The notes beneath the pieces were generated by a model. That model had not been told where the DNA came from, searched no databases, and saw only the letters and a program-made list of their open reading frames with translations. DNA of 64,000 nucleotides. It comes from Chiloscyllium plagiosum. Lineage: Eukaryota. Below, in pieces: positions 25,746 through 38,490 of this stretch; position 1 is the stretch's first letter; every line of letters starts with the position of its first letter. The position numbers and the translations under genes are program-made. The stretch covers positions 13,146,448-13,210,447 of the forward strand of contig NC_057750.1 of the NCBI RefSeq assembly GCF_004010195.1, read 5' to 3'.

Positions 25746-27064
25746 GCACAAGCAACACATGAGGAGGAATTCCTTCTCTCAGAGGGGAGTGAATCTATGG
25801 TATTCTTTACCACAGAGGGCTGTCGAGGCTGGGTCATTAAGTACACTCAAGGCTGTGATAGAGAGATTATTAATCAGTAAGGGGATTGAGGGAAAAAGGC
25901 AGAAAAGTGGAGGTGAGGATTATCAGATCAGCCTTGAGCTCACTGGATGGCAGAGCAATGGGCTGAATAGTCTCCTCCTGTTTCTATGTCTTACATTATG
26001 AAACTGAATTACCTAAACTTGGCCTGAGGTCTATCGCCTATAACAACAACTTGCACATATGCAGCATCTCTAATGTATTGGAGCATAAGGTGTCTCACGG
26101 CAACATTATAAAACAAAGTAGGAGGCTCACAGCATACGGAAAGATATCAGGGTCGCTGACCAGAAGCTAAGCTGAAGAGTTGGTTTGAAGGAGTGTCTTA
26201 CGGGAGGAACATGAGGCAGAGAGGCGGGCGGGCGTAAGGAGGGAATTCCTGAGCGTGGGGCTGAGGTACAGCCTACAACGGAGGGGTGGTTCTCATCCGG
26301 CATAATTGACAGGCCAGAAATGGAGGCAAGGGCAGACCCCAGAGGGCCGCGGACTACAAAGGTAGGGAGGGGGGGGAAGGTCACCGCTGAGGGGATTTGA
26401 AAGCCAGATGAGAATTTCGGGAGGCAGGGCGGGGGAGGGGGAGCCAGGAGGACTGAGACTCTGACAGTAGACGTAAGGCCAAGGCTAGAGGAGCTAAACA
26501 CCAACACGAGTCAGGTCTGTGTGAGGGAAGATTATCCTTTCGTTCCTCCCAAGACTCCTGGTAGCAGTATCTGGGATCTTCAACTCCAAGTTGGCCAAAC
26601 CCCTGAAGATTGCTATAATGAGAGCTCACTGCCTTTATTGTACCTTCTAGATGCTTTTTATAGCACTACGTTATTCAAGATGTCAAATGCTTTAGATCAC
26701 ACTACCCCCATCCCCAGGACAACCATACTTGCAGGCTGTGCAAACACTCCCCACCCCCAGGCCCCAGGCCTTGCTTGAGAAAGCTGTGGCTCTGTGATGA
26801 GAATGGAGGTTGTACACAGCGATTTCTTGTTAAAAGGACAGACAATGATTCACGCCCCCTGACTATCTTGGCCTGGTTATGGGCTATCTCACAGGGTCAT
26901 CATCACCAGGCTAGGGCATGCACACTTTTCCATCTCACCCAAAGATCAACTCTGACCTTCGGCCTTTCGGCCATCGATCAATCACTGAGGAACATTGCAG
27001 AAGGTCAGGGGGTGGGGAAGGGGGAGAGGCAGGAGGAAAATGTCATTGAACTGCACTTCACCTC

Positions 27065-27450
27065 GTGTGAGTGTGTGTGTGTGAACATCTGTGCGCTTGT
27101 CTGTATGTGTGCGTGTATCTGTGTGCGTGTCTGTGTGTATAATTGTGTGTATCTGTATGCATGTGTTTATCTGCGTGTGTGTCTGTCGGTGTATGTATAA
27201 ATGTGTACATGTGTGTCTGTGTGTGTATAAATGTGTATGTGTCTATGTGTATGTGTGTGTGAATAAATGTGTGTGTGTCTGTATGCGTGTGTATGTGTCT
27301 CTGAGTGAGTGTGTAAATATGTATATGTGTGAGTGCCTATTTGCACGTGTGTGTGTGTCTGTGTATGGATAAATATGTATGTGTGTGTCAGTGTATAAAT
27401 ATGTATATGTGTGTCTGTGTATAAATGTGTATACGTGTGTATGTGTATGT
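27065..27450 (+). repeat. Degenerate (TG)n/(TGTA)n microsatellite
   Basis: Directly visible. Confidence 0.95.
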
Positions 27451-28026
27451 ACTTATGCTTTCAAAATCTGTTTTAAAGATTTCAGCTTGTTACCATGTCC
27501 CTCTCCCCATGTTGACCCTCAGACTAAACCATCACCCGTTGTCTCGGTGTAATGAGAGAGCTGTCCGTATCCTCCTCTGGGTCAGTGGTGACTCTCCTTT
27601 GTCACGAGAGTTCTCCAGCAGCAGTTCTGGAGTGACACCGAACCCCAAAACCACATGACCAACTTTCTATAACATCGACTGTTCCTGTTGGACAGCGAGG
27701 GGGGGTATAAATGTGTATACGTGTGTATGTGTATGTACTTATGCTTTCAAAATCTGTTTTAAAGATTTCAGCTTATTACCAAGGGGTAACTCACTGCCCT
27801 CTTTCTGCAGCGATTTCGGTGATGAAGAGGGTGGGGCATTTATTCGAGTGAGTTATTGTCCCGATGGTAGGGTTTGTGGACAGTCTGCCTGTCGACAGCG
27901 GGGAACCCCACAACACAGACCGCCTCATTTGGGAGGGGGATATGAGGAAGGTGTGTCCCTCCTATGAAGGGTCTCAGTACCCAAGGGAGGGCCAGGCCAT
28001 CCAAAAGCAGAGAGTGTATTCTGTGG

Positions 28027-28227
28027 TTGAAACTTTATTGCTGGAACAGCACAGCAGGTCAGGCAGCATCTAGGGAACAGAAGATTCGACATTTCGGGCA
28101 CATGCCCTTCTTCATGTGCCCGAAACGTCGAATCTTCTGTTCCCTAGATGCTGCCTGACCTGCTGTGCTGTTCCAGCAATAAAGTTTCAGCTTTGATCTC
28201 CAGCGTCTGCAGACCTCACTTTCTCCT
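28027..28227. mobile_element. Family-A Penelope-derived near-perfect palindrome with a 14-bp flanking direct repeat
   Basis: About 75-bp inverted arms around a short spacer. AGTGTATTCTGTGG occurs at 28013-28026 and 28228-28241. Confidence 0.85.
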
Positions 28228-28441
28228 AGTGTATTCTGTGGGTCAACCCACTGTCAGCCCCTGCCCCATCCATCTTATCCATCCCCTGATTGGCTCTCCA
28301 GTCCAATGGTCAATCATCCCAACAACACGCCCAACCCCCACCAGCTCCCCCCCACAGCATCCCCCCTCAACTCCGAGAAGGAAAAACTCTCACCCCTTTC
28401 TCCCTCTCTCCCTGTCTCTCTCAACCCCTCTCTCTCAAGCC

Positions 28442-28472
<31 letters not shown>

Positions 28473-28887
28473 CTGTTCAGCATCTGTTAATCTCACTGGG
28501 ATTTCGAAAGACCGACAATCTTGATAAGCTTGATTTTGTTTCTTTGCGAACTATTAGTTCTGGGAAACTTAATTGAAGAAATGTGCATCAGTTACTGCCT
28601 CTCGCAGCAGAGTGATTAATATCCAAGGGTGGTACAGATTGCTGGAGATGATTAATCACATCACATTGATACAGTCAGTCACACAGGATTGAAACAGCAG
28701 GCAGCAGCAGGTATTTGTCCGTCTCATAATGCTGTCTTTCTTAACCCATTGAATACAGGGTGCCCCCTCTCCCCACAGTAATTGTGGTTCAGGCACAGCG
28801 GGCGATGGAATTAGGGAGGCGATCAGGAACAGCAGGAGACCATTCAGCCCCTCAACCATTTCAATGAGATCATGGCTGATCCGCATA

Positions 28888-29058
28888 CAGAGGAACCTCG
28901 ATTATTCGGCGTTCGATTATCAGGATTATCTGACAAGATCGCGAGGTCCCGATGCTCAGCTGAACTATTTTATCTGGCGTTTGGTAATCCGGAATTCGAT
29001 TAACCGAATGAAATACTTCCCGCCTGTGTCCTTCGGATGGATAATCGAGGTTCCTCTG
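28888..29058. mobile_element. Tigger/pogo-like MITE
   Basis: TIRs CAGAGGAACCTCGATTAT and ATAATCGAGGTTCCTCTG, with a 5' TA. Confidence 0.8.
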
Positions 29059-29059
29059 C

Positions 29060-29520
29060 GCCTGTCTTTGGCCCATATTCCTTTGCTTAACAAAACGTTA
29101 TCTCTCTCAGATTTAGGAATTGACAACTGATCCGGCACCCACCTCCATTTGTGAAAGAGAGTTCCAAATCTCTCCCAGTGCTTCCCAACATCTCTCCTGA
29201 ACAGTCTGGCCCTAATTCTCAGACTATGCCCCTCGTTCCTCAAGCAATGGAAAATGTTTCTCTTTATCTACAATGTCTGTTCCTGCTCATATCTTGAAGA
29301 CTTTGATCAATCACCCCTTAACCTTCTAAATTCGAGAGAAAACAGATCCAATGTGCATGATCTCTCCTCGTAACTTAACCCCTGAAGTCCAGGTATCATT
29401 CTTGTAAACCGATGGTGTTCTCCCTCCAAGGCCAATCTATCCTTCCAAAGACGTGGTGGCCAGATCTCCTCACGGTGCCCCAAGTGGAGTCTCATCAGGG
29501 GTTTGTATAACTGCAGTATG
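29060..29520 (-). mobile_element. CR1 LINE fragment
   Basis: LFSLEFRRLRGD motif. Confidence 0.8.
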
Positions 29521-30199
29521 ACAAGACACTGAGATTCCCGGACCATCGATAGGGATGGCTCAGTGGTTAGCACGATTACCTCACAGTGTCAGGGATCCAG
29601 GTTCCTGGAGGTGCGGGTCTGGATCTGGATGGGTTGCCCTATGGAGGGTTGGTGTGGACTTGATGGGCCTTTGGCCTGCTCCTACACTGTAGGAATTCTA
29701 TGATTCTCCCTTTTTTTATTTATTCAGAGATGAATGCGTCACTGGCTAGGCCAGCATTTATTGCCTAAAGGTCAGCTAAGGGTCACCCACGTGCTCTGGA
29801 GTCACATGTAGGCCAGAATTTTTCTTTCCTGTTTAATTCCCAAATTTTATTGAATTCAAATTCCACCATCTGCTGTGGCGGGATTTGAACCCAGGTCCCC
29901 ACAATGTTACTTGGGTCTCTAGATTAGCGATAATACCACTAGGCCATCAGCTACCCGTCACTGCTTCGACTCCCAGCAGCAAGTCACCTGTAACATCCTA
30001 AAGATGGTGTAATCAGTTGACTAAAATTTGACCGGAGCGACTGGAAAACTTGCCCCATCCATCGCGTCCCAACTAATGCCCAAATACCCGCATCCACCCA
30101 CAAGAATAACTGGGGCCTCAGGGTTGAAGGCCTCACCTGAAAGACAGAGCCTCTGCCAGTGCAGCACTCTGTCAGAACAGCACCGAAGTGTCAGAACTT

Positions 30200-30810
30200 G
30201 GAGGCATACAGCACGGAAACAGACCCTTCAGCCTAACAAGTCCATGCCGACCCATAATCCCAAACTAAACTAGTCCCACCTACCTGCTCCTGGCCCATAT
30301 CCCTCCAAACCTTTCCTAGTCATGTCCTTATCCAAATGTCTTTTAAGCGTTGTAACTGTCACCACATCCACCACTCCCTCCGGCAGTACATTCCACACAC
30401 GGACCACCCTCTGTGCAAAGAAAGTTGCCCCTCACATCCTCTCCCCTTAAGTATATGCCCCCCTAGTTTTGAACGCCCCCACCCTAGGGAAAAAAAAACA
30501 CCTGCCATACATCTCATCTGTGCCCCTCAGGATTTTGTAAACCTCATAAAGGTCACCCCTCAACCTCCTACGCTCCAGTGAAAAAAGGCCCAGTCTTTCC
30601 AGTCTATATTTATACCCCAAACCCTCCATTCCTGGCAATATCCAGGTAAATCTTTTCTCAACCCTCTCCAACTTTTACTAATCTCCTTCCTATAACAGAG
30701 AGCCCAGAGCTGGACCCAGCTCTCCAGAAGCGACCTCACCAACGTCCTGTACAACCTCAACATGGCGTCCCGACTCCCAGACGCAAAGGTCTGAGCAATG
30801 ACGGCAAACC
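30200..30810 (-). mobile_element. CR1 LINE 3' fragment
   Basis: LERLGLFSLERRRLRGDLYEVYKI motif. Confidence 0.88.
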
Positions 30811-31269
30811 ACAGAGATGCAAATTTCAAAGAACTGGCAACATGGCGTTTCCTACAGAGACACAAATACAATCAGGAAAATGCCTCTGTGTCAGGCAAGA
30901 GGGGATTGGCTCCTGATCTGTTCCCTGAATCGGGAGGCAAGTGACAACAGGATATCAGCCACCTTCAACCTTGCCTTTTCCAGATTCCTGGAGCAGATGG
31001 GCTGAATGGTCTACACATGCTCCTCCATCTTATATCCACTATATATGAAAGGAAATGAATAGAATTAGGTCCATGCCCTATTTCTTATGACCCACTTTAA
31101 AATGAACGCTCTCCCACTGCTCACCATGTTCTATGATCTATCGATGGATTTGCCTTTCTCTTTCCTGGTTATGTCTACAACTCCTGCTTTCAGCTGGGTG
31201 TTGCAGAGAGAAACCAGACAGTGATCTAACAACCAGAGGCTCTTGTCTTCAACAAGATGGAGTTTATTA

Positions 31270-32128
31270 CATTATCCTACTCACTGACTACAGCCTTCAA
31301 CATTATTATCCCCTCGAGACCGATTACTAAACTTAGTGATCTCGGACTAATCCCCACTCTCTGCAACTGGATCCTTAGTTTCCTGACCCACTGGCCACAA
31401 TCAGTGAAGATTGGGGACAATGTTTCATCCTCACTAACACTCAACACTGGAGCCCCCCAGGGGTGCGTACTCAGCCCCCTACTGTACTCACTGTATACCC
31501 ATGACTGTGTCTCTAAACACCAGACTAATGTCATATACAAGTTCGCTGATGACACCAGCATAGTTAGTCAAATCTCAGATGGCGATGAAACAGATTACAG
31601 ACGGAAGATGGAAGACCTGGAAAAATGGTGCACTGAGAACAACCTAGCTCTCAATATCGGCAAAACCAAGGAACTCATTATTGACTATTGGCGGGCTGTT
31701 ACTCATGCGCCCCTTCACATGAACAGCACAGAGGTGGAATGAGTGGAGAGCGTCAATCTCCTGGGAGTGGTCATCCACAACAAGCTTTCTTGGACTCTTC
31801 ATGCGGACGCACTGGTTACAAAGGCCCAACAATGTCTCTTCTTCCTCAGGCAGCTGAGGAAATTTGGCATGACGGCGAATACCCTTAACATCTTTTATAG
31901 GTGCGCCACTGAGAGTATTCTGTCTGGGTGTATCACTACCTGGTATGGCAACTGTACCATTCAAGATCGGAGACGGTTACATCCTGTACCTGTGTTTTTG
32001 TTTTTGCTGCTGTTTACCTATTATTTACTTATCGATGCTACTTAACTCTGTGACCTGCCTGTATTGCTCGCAAAACAAAGCTTTTCACTGTGTCTCGGTA
32101 CATGTGACAATCAATTCAATTCAATTCG
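31270..32128 (+). mobile_element. Rex1/Babar LINE RT fragment (stop at about 31740, internal deletion)
   Basis: TGAPQGCVLSPLLYSLYTHDC...KFADD, LALNIGKTKELIID and a (CAATT)n tail. Confidence 0.92.
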
Positions 32129-32224
32129 ATAGCCACTGGGTCCATGTCACACTGAGGTGGAGTGGGTGGGGAAGATCCAAACTATCCCTTGGGAACCCTA
32201 AGGTGCTCCCTCACCAAACCTGTA

Positions 32225-32453
32225 CAGGTATCCCCCGCTATCCGAAATCAGAGTGTTTCCTCTGAAACCTCACGTACGCTGAAATGGCGTAAAACAAAGA
32301 GGCATTAATTTATCTGGAAAAAATTTCATCCTTTCTCGGAAAAGTGAAAATCCTTTTCGGATTTCTTTTGGTTAGCGGACACAGGTACTAATGTGAGTCT
32401 TTCGTCAAAGCAAACTGGGGTAAAGTGAACTTTGGAAAAGTAGGGGATACCTG
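32225..32453. mobile_element. Tigger-like MITE
   Basis: TA-CAGGTATCCCC...GGGGATACCTG-TA. Confidence 0.82.
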
Positions 32454-32840
32454 TACTCAGCATTAACTCTCTCCGTCTGGTTACGGGTGGGCAATAGCCC
32501 AGGGGCACGTGTGAAACAAGATCCAGACCGGCTGATTGGTCCTTGCTACGGCAACCAGTTATCGATGACAATGGCTGACGGCCTGCCAGCCGCAATGTGA
32601 TTGGCTCGCCAGGAGCTGAAGAGCCCCTGGGTACAGATGTTGGGTCAGCAGGGTGGGGGAGTCTAAAACTATTGGGCATGGGTTTGAGGTGAGGGGGAAG
32701 AGATACAGAAATGTCCTGAGGGGGCATTCTTCCTCCCAGAGGATGGTGAGTGTCTGGAATGGGCAGCCAGAGGTAGTGATGGAGGCGAGTACAATTTAAG
32801 AAACATTTGGACAGGGAGATGGATGGGATAGGTGTTAGGT

Positions 32841-33129
32841 TAGATTCCCTACATTGTGGAAACAGGCCCCTCGGTCCACACTGACCCTCTGAAGAGTAAC
32901 CCACCCCCCCTCCTCTGACTAATGCACCTCACAACTATGGTCAATTTAGCATGGCCAATCCACCCTGACCTGCACATTTTTGGACTGTGGGAGGAAACCG
33001 GAGCACACCCACACAGACACGGGGAGAATGTGCAAACTCCACACAGACAGTCACCCGAGGCTGGAATCGAACCCAGGTCCCTGGCGCTGTGAGGCAGCAG
33101 TGCAAACCACTGAGCCACCGTGCCGCCCC
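32841..33129 (-). mobile_element. HE1-type V-SINE, near full length
   Basis: Reverse complement of the head, V-domain and tail. Confidence 0.9.
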
Positions 33130-33768
33130 AGATGGAGGGATATGGTCCAAATGCAGGCAATTGGGACTAGATTAAGTGTGAAAATTGGGCAGCACAGACA
33201 AGTTGGGCTGAAAGGCCTGTTTCTGTGCTGTACACCTGTACAACTCCATGACTTATGGTTACAGAAGAGCTGTCCTTCTCTCTCCAGGGTAAACAAAATG
33301 CACTTCTAGCCTGAGGAAAGCCAGATAATTTCCATTCAGTTGCTGTCAGCTGTGGCTTTAACCAGTAAGTCAGAGACTTTATAAGTTGTGAACCAGTCAC
33401 TCTGTGCCTCTTGCAAGCAAGTGAAAGAAGCTGGAGGAGGACGATTGAGATACAGTAAGCCCTGAGAGTAAGCAAGAAGGATCATCTCAGCAAGTGCTGC
33501 GGACAGAGACCAGAGAACTGCCTTCCAGGTCTTTCCCTCCACCCATCGCACCAATTTTTTTTTAATGTCTCTCTTTTGGGCTCCCTCTGGCCATGTGTTT
33601 AAGCAAAGCAGTTAGAGAATGTACAAAGCAGAAATCAGGCAATGACACCAGTTCTCAGCAGGACAATGTCATACTTACAAAAGTTGGACAATGCTTGGTT
33701 TCATTGAGCATGATCTGACCAATGCCTCAGCTGAGTGTGGGTCAAAGTGAAGTAGGGTTCGCATTGTA

Positions 33769-34107
33769 CAGGTAGACAACCCTTTATCTGAAATCCTGAA
33801 ATCCGAAAAGCTCTGAAATCCGAAGGTTTCTTCGTGAAGTTGTTTTTCTCATTAACAAGGTCGTTTGGCGTGCAAACAGTTAACCCAACTCCACACCCAC
33901 TCAATGCGTGTCACTCAGATGTGATGTGGGTGGGCGTGGCCCAGTACTGGCAGGCCTCAGTTCTGTCGCAGGGCCGATAATACTCAGGTTGAGTCTGCTG
34001 GGTGGTAAAATTTATTTAAATTTCTCCGTCAAATTGTCACTTATTCCGAAATTCGAAAAATTCCGAATTCCGAAACCCAACGTTTCGGATAAAGGATTGT
34101 GCACCTG
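33769..34107. mobile_element. Tigger-like MITE
   Basis: TA-CAGGTAGACAACCCTTTATC...GATAAAGGATTGTGCACCTG-TA. Confidence 0.82.
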
Positions 34108-34614
34108 TAGTGGCGCTTTCGGGGGGCTCCCAAAGTCATTGAGCTACCTCCTGGGATGCAGCAACACAAGGGCCAGCCAATCCGCAGACTTCTATATTAG
34201 TGTCACGTGACAAGTGGTCATAGAACACTGTCAATAAACCGTCAGGGAAAGGGAAAAATCACTAGATCATCGTTTTTGGGGAGGTTGGTTGAGGGAGGAA
34301 TATTCTTCGGGATGTCAGAGAGAATTTGCGTGCAGAGCTTCAAGTGGAGCAATAGGGGTTTTTTTTATCGTCAATTGGACCAAAGTCTGATCTGACAGAT
34401 AGCACTTTGGACAGTGACCTGGCGCCTCCAATTTTGGGCCTCAAATCTTCAGAGTGAGGTTTAAACCCTTTATCCCCCCCCACCCCCCCACTGTCTGAGT
34501 AGGAGGTAAAACTCCTACCAAAGCAAGGCCACAGTCACCATCGACAACAGAGTTCCAGCCGCAAGCATCCCCAACTTCCAAACCCACAATCGAGAATCTT
34601 ATCATACGAGGCCC

Positions 34615-34915
34615 CACTGTGTGGAAGCAGGCCATTCAGCCCAGCAAGTCCACACTGACCCTCTGAAGACTACCCCACTCAGACCCATCCCATCCCTGCA
34701 TTTCCCATGGTCAGTCCACTCAGGCTGCACATCCCAGGACATTATAGGCAATTTCCTACAGCCAATCTATCTAACCTGTACATCTTTGGACTGTATGAGG
34801 AAACCCACGCAGACACGGGGAGAAGGTGCAAACTCCACACAGACAGTCGCCCGAGGCTGGGATTGAACCTGGGACCCTGGTGTTGCGAGGCAGCAGTGCT
34901 GACCACTGAGCCACC
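34615..34915 (-). mobile_element. HE1-type V-SINE
   Basis: Reverse complement of the head and V-domain. Confidence 0.85.
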
Positions 34916-35165
34916 TGTAAAAGCTGAGGGCAGGTACACCTGAGGTGGCTTCTGCCTGTATGAAACAGACTGAGTGTGTCTCTGTATGTTGTAAAATATT
35001 CCACAAAGTCTGGGCTCTTGGGGAGACAGATATCTTGAGGTTTAATTACAACATTAATATGATATCTCAGACTTTCATCCATCTATCCATGCTTACCTTA
35101 TATTACTCTGACATTTCGTACATAACTGATTGCTGAACAGAGGGAAAGAAGACTTTTATACTAGC

Positions 35166-36100
35166 GTCACATGACATGATGACATAGAACATACAGCAGT
35201 CCAGCACAGGAACAGGCCCTTCGGCCCATAATGCTGTGCTGAACATGACGCCAAATTAAATTAATCCCTTCTGCCTGCTCTTGGTCCATATCCCTCCATC
35301 CCTTGCTTATCTAAAAGTCCCTTAAACACCTCTATCATATCTGCCTCCTCCACCACCCCTTGCAGTGTGTTCCAGACACCTACCATTCCCCGTGGAAAAA
35401 AACTACCCCTCACATCTCCTTTGAATTTTCCCCCTCTCACCTTAAAGGCATGACCACAGTTTTAGGTATTTCAACCCAGGGGAAAAGATTCCAACTGTCA
35501 ACCCCATCTGTGCATCTCATAATTGTACAGACTTCTGTCAAGTCTCCCCTCAGCCTTCCCCATTCCGGAGAAAACAACCCGAGTTTTTCCAGCCTCTCCT
35601 TATAGCACATTCCCTCTAATCCAGGCAGCATCCTGGTAAACCTCTTCTACACCCTCTCCAAAGCATCCACATACTTCCTGTAATGTTATGACCCAGGTTT
35701 GAACACAATACTCTGAAGTGTGGCCTAACCAACGCTGCAACGTGACATCCTCTTTCACTTAGTTCCCCAACCACAAAGGCAAGCATGCCATATGCCATCT
35801 TTACCACCCTATCTACTGCATGGCACTTTCAGGGAGCTATAGACCTGAACCCTATGCTCCCTCTGGTACATTAATGCTGTTCAGGGCCCTGCCATTAACT
35901 GTGTACCTTTCCCTAACGTTTGATCTCCCAAGGGGTGTTTAAGGGACTTTTGGATAAGCGCATGAATACGCAAGGAACGGACCAAGAGCAGGCAGAAAGG
36001 ATTAGTTTAATTTGGCGTCATGTTCAGCACAGCATGGTGGGCCGAAGGGCCTATTCCTGTGCTGCACTACTCTATGTTCTATGACATCATGTCACGTGAC
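35166..36100. mobile_element. CR1 fragment (minus strand) with an inverted copy of its own 3' tail
   Basis: 35166-35330 is the reverse complement of 35932-36100. LEKLGLFSPEWGRLRGDL on the minus strand. Confidence 0.8.
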
Positions 36101-36844
36101 ACTGGTATAAATTGTCTCTTATTGTCTCAAAGGTGTACTGGCTTTCTGGGATCCATGCACCAACAGGAAACCATCCCAACTTGGAAATACATCGCCGTTC
36201 GTTCAGTGTCGCTGGGCGGAAATCCTGGAATTCCCTCCCTAAGGGCATTGTGGGTCATACACGGCGGTTCAAAAGGGCGGCTCCACAGAACTTCCTGTTG
36301 GCTGATGAGGGATGGGGGTGACAAAATGGCGTCTAGATCAGAGTGGTGCTGGAAAAGCGCAGCAGGTCAGGCAGCATCCGAGGAGCAGGAGAATCGACGT
36401 TTCGGGAAAAAGGCCTTCATCAGGAATGACAAAATGATGGCTTAGCCGGGGTCGCCTACATCCTTTGAACGAATGAGAAAGGACGTTGAATTGATTTCTC
36501 TGTCCCCCACCCCTCAATGCAGTGCGTAAAATCATCAATGATCTGTTATGATGACCCTACTGCCTGATCAAACAGAGATCAAAACATGGAGGTGGGGTCC
36601 AGGGCCTGATCAGTGGGCTGCTGATGAAGGGCTGATGCTCAAAACGTCGACTCTCCTGCTCCTCTGATGCTGCCTGACCTGCTGTGCTTTTCCAGCGACA
36701 CACTCTCGACTCTAATCTCCAGCACCTGCAGGCCTCGCTTTCTCTCGGACAGTGAGAACGGCAAGTACGCCATCTTTGAACACGGAATTCCTGGTGTTTC
36801 TCTCTCGCCGGGGCCCGCGAACAACTTGGAGAGTGTTATTTTGG

Positions 36845-37136
36845 GCAGGGCAGTCAGTGGTTAGCACTGCTGTCTCACAGCACCAAGGTCCCAGGTTCAA
36901 TTCCAGCCTGGGGCTGTGTGGAGTTTGCAGATTCTCCCCGTGTCTGCGTGGGTTTCCTCCGGGTGCTCCGGTTTCCTCAAACAGTCCAAAGATGTACAGG
37001 TCAGGGTGAATTGGCCATGCTAAATTGCCCGTAGTGTTAGGTGCATTAGTCAGAGGGAAATGGGTCTGGGTGGGTTATTCTTTGGAGGGTCGGTGTGGAC
37101 TGGTTGGGCCGAAGTGTAGGGAATCTAATCTAATCT
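36845..37136 (+). mobile_element. HE1-type V-SINE
   Basis: Head, V-domain and (AATCT)n tail. Confidence 0.88.
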
Positions 37137-37458
37137 AAACAGCCAGGGGAAATTGAAATGAGGCCACAGACGATAAGAAAGGNNNNNNNNNNNNNNNNNN
37201 NNNNNNNNNNNNNNNNNNNNNNNNNNNNNNNNNNNNNNNNNNNNNNNNNNNNNNNNNNNNNNNNNNNNNNNNNNNNNNNNNNNNNNNNNNNNNNNNNNNN
37301 NNNNNNNNNNNNNNNNNNNNNNNNNNNNNNNNNNNNNNNNNNNNNNNNNNNNNNNNNNNNNNNNNNNNNNNNNNNNNNNNNNNNNNNNNNNNNNNNNNNN
37401 NNNNNNNNNNNNNNNNNNNNNNNNNNNNNNNNNNNNNNNNNNNNNNNNNNNNNNNNNN

Positions 37459-37790
37459 CTCACCTCCACCCAAGGCCCCAAAGGATCCTTCCACATCCGG
37501 CAGAGGTTTACCTGTACTTCTACACACGTCATCTTCTGTGTCTGTTGATCACGATGTGGCATCCTCTCCATTAAGGAGACAGGACGCCAACTCGCAGAAC
37601 ATTTCAGGGAACATCTCCGGGACACCCGCATCCCAACAACCCCACCGCCCCATGGCCCACCAATTCAACTCCCCCTCCCGCTCCGTCAAGGACCTGCAAG
37701 TCCTGGGCCTCCTCTCCTGCTAAATCCGAGCCACCTGATGCATGGAGGAAGAACGCCTCACCTTCCACACCCCCCCCTCGCACACTTGCC
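37459..37790 (+). mobile_element. Penelope GIY-YIG endonuclease fragment
   Basis: Homologous to the reverse complement of 45650-45980 (ETGRQLAEHFREHLRD motif). Confidence 0.85.
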
Positions 37791-37904
37791 TCCCATGTCT
37801 GGGAGGTTCTCTGCCTCATCAAAATAAACAGACAGCACAATAGCTGATGAACTCTTTTCTCCCTCCTTGCCTCTGGCCTGCTGTGTCTCGCTGGTCCTCT
37901 TTGA

Positions 37905-38490
37905 TTGTCATGGTGTCAGACAGCACGGAAACAGACCCTTCGGTCCAACGAGTCCGTAATCCCAAACTAAACCAGTCCCACCTGCCTGCTCCTGGTCCAT
38001 ATCCCTCCAAACCTTTCCCCTTCATGGATTTATCCAAATGTATTTTAAGCATTGTAACTGGACCCACATTTGCCACTTCCACATGCGAACCACACGCGGT
38101 ACAAAATAAATTGCACCACATGTACTTTTTAAATCTTTCTTGTCTCACCTTAAAAATATGCCACCCCCTCGTTTTGAGCGCCCCCACCCTTGGGAAAAGC
38201 CCTTTATTGTTCACCTTAACTACATCCCTCATGATTTTATAAACCTCTATAAGGTCACCCCTTCAACCTCTGACACTCCGTTGAAAAAAATTCCAACCTT
38301 TCCATCTCTCAAACCCTCCATTTCAAACAACGTCCCGGTAAATCTTTTCTGAATCCTTTCCAGTTTAATAATATCCTTCCTGTAGCAGGGCGACCAGAGC
38401 TGGAAATAGTGCTCCAAAAGAGGCCTCAGTAATGTCCAGTACAACCTCAACATGGTGCCCTAAATCCTATACTAAAAACTCTGAGCAATA
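37905..38490 (-). mobile_element. CR1 LINE 3' fragment
   Basis: LLEHYFQLWSPCYRKDIIKLERIQKRFT motif. Confidence 0.85.
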
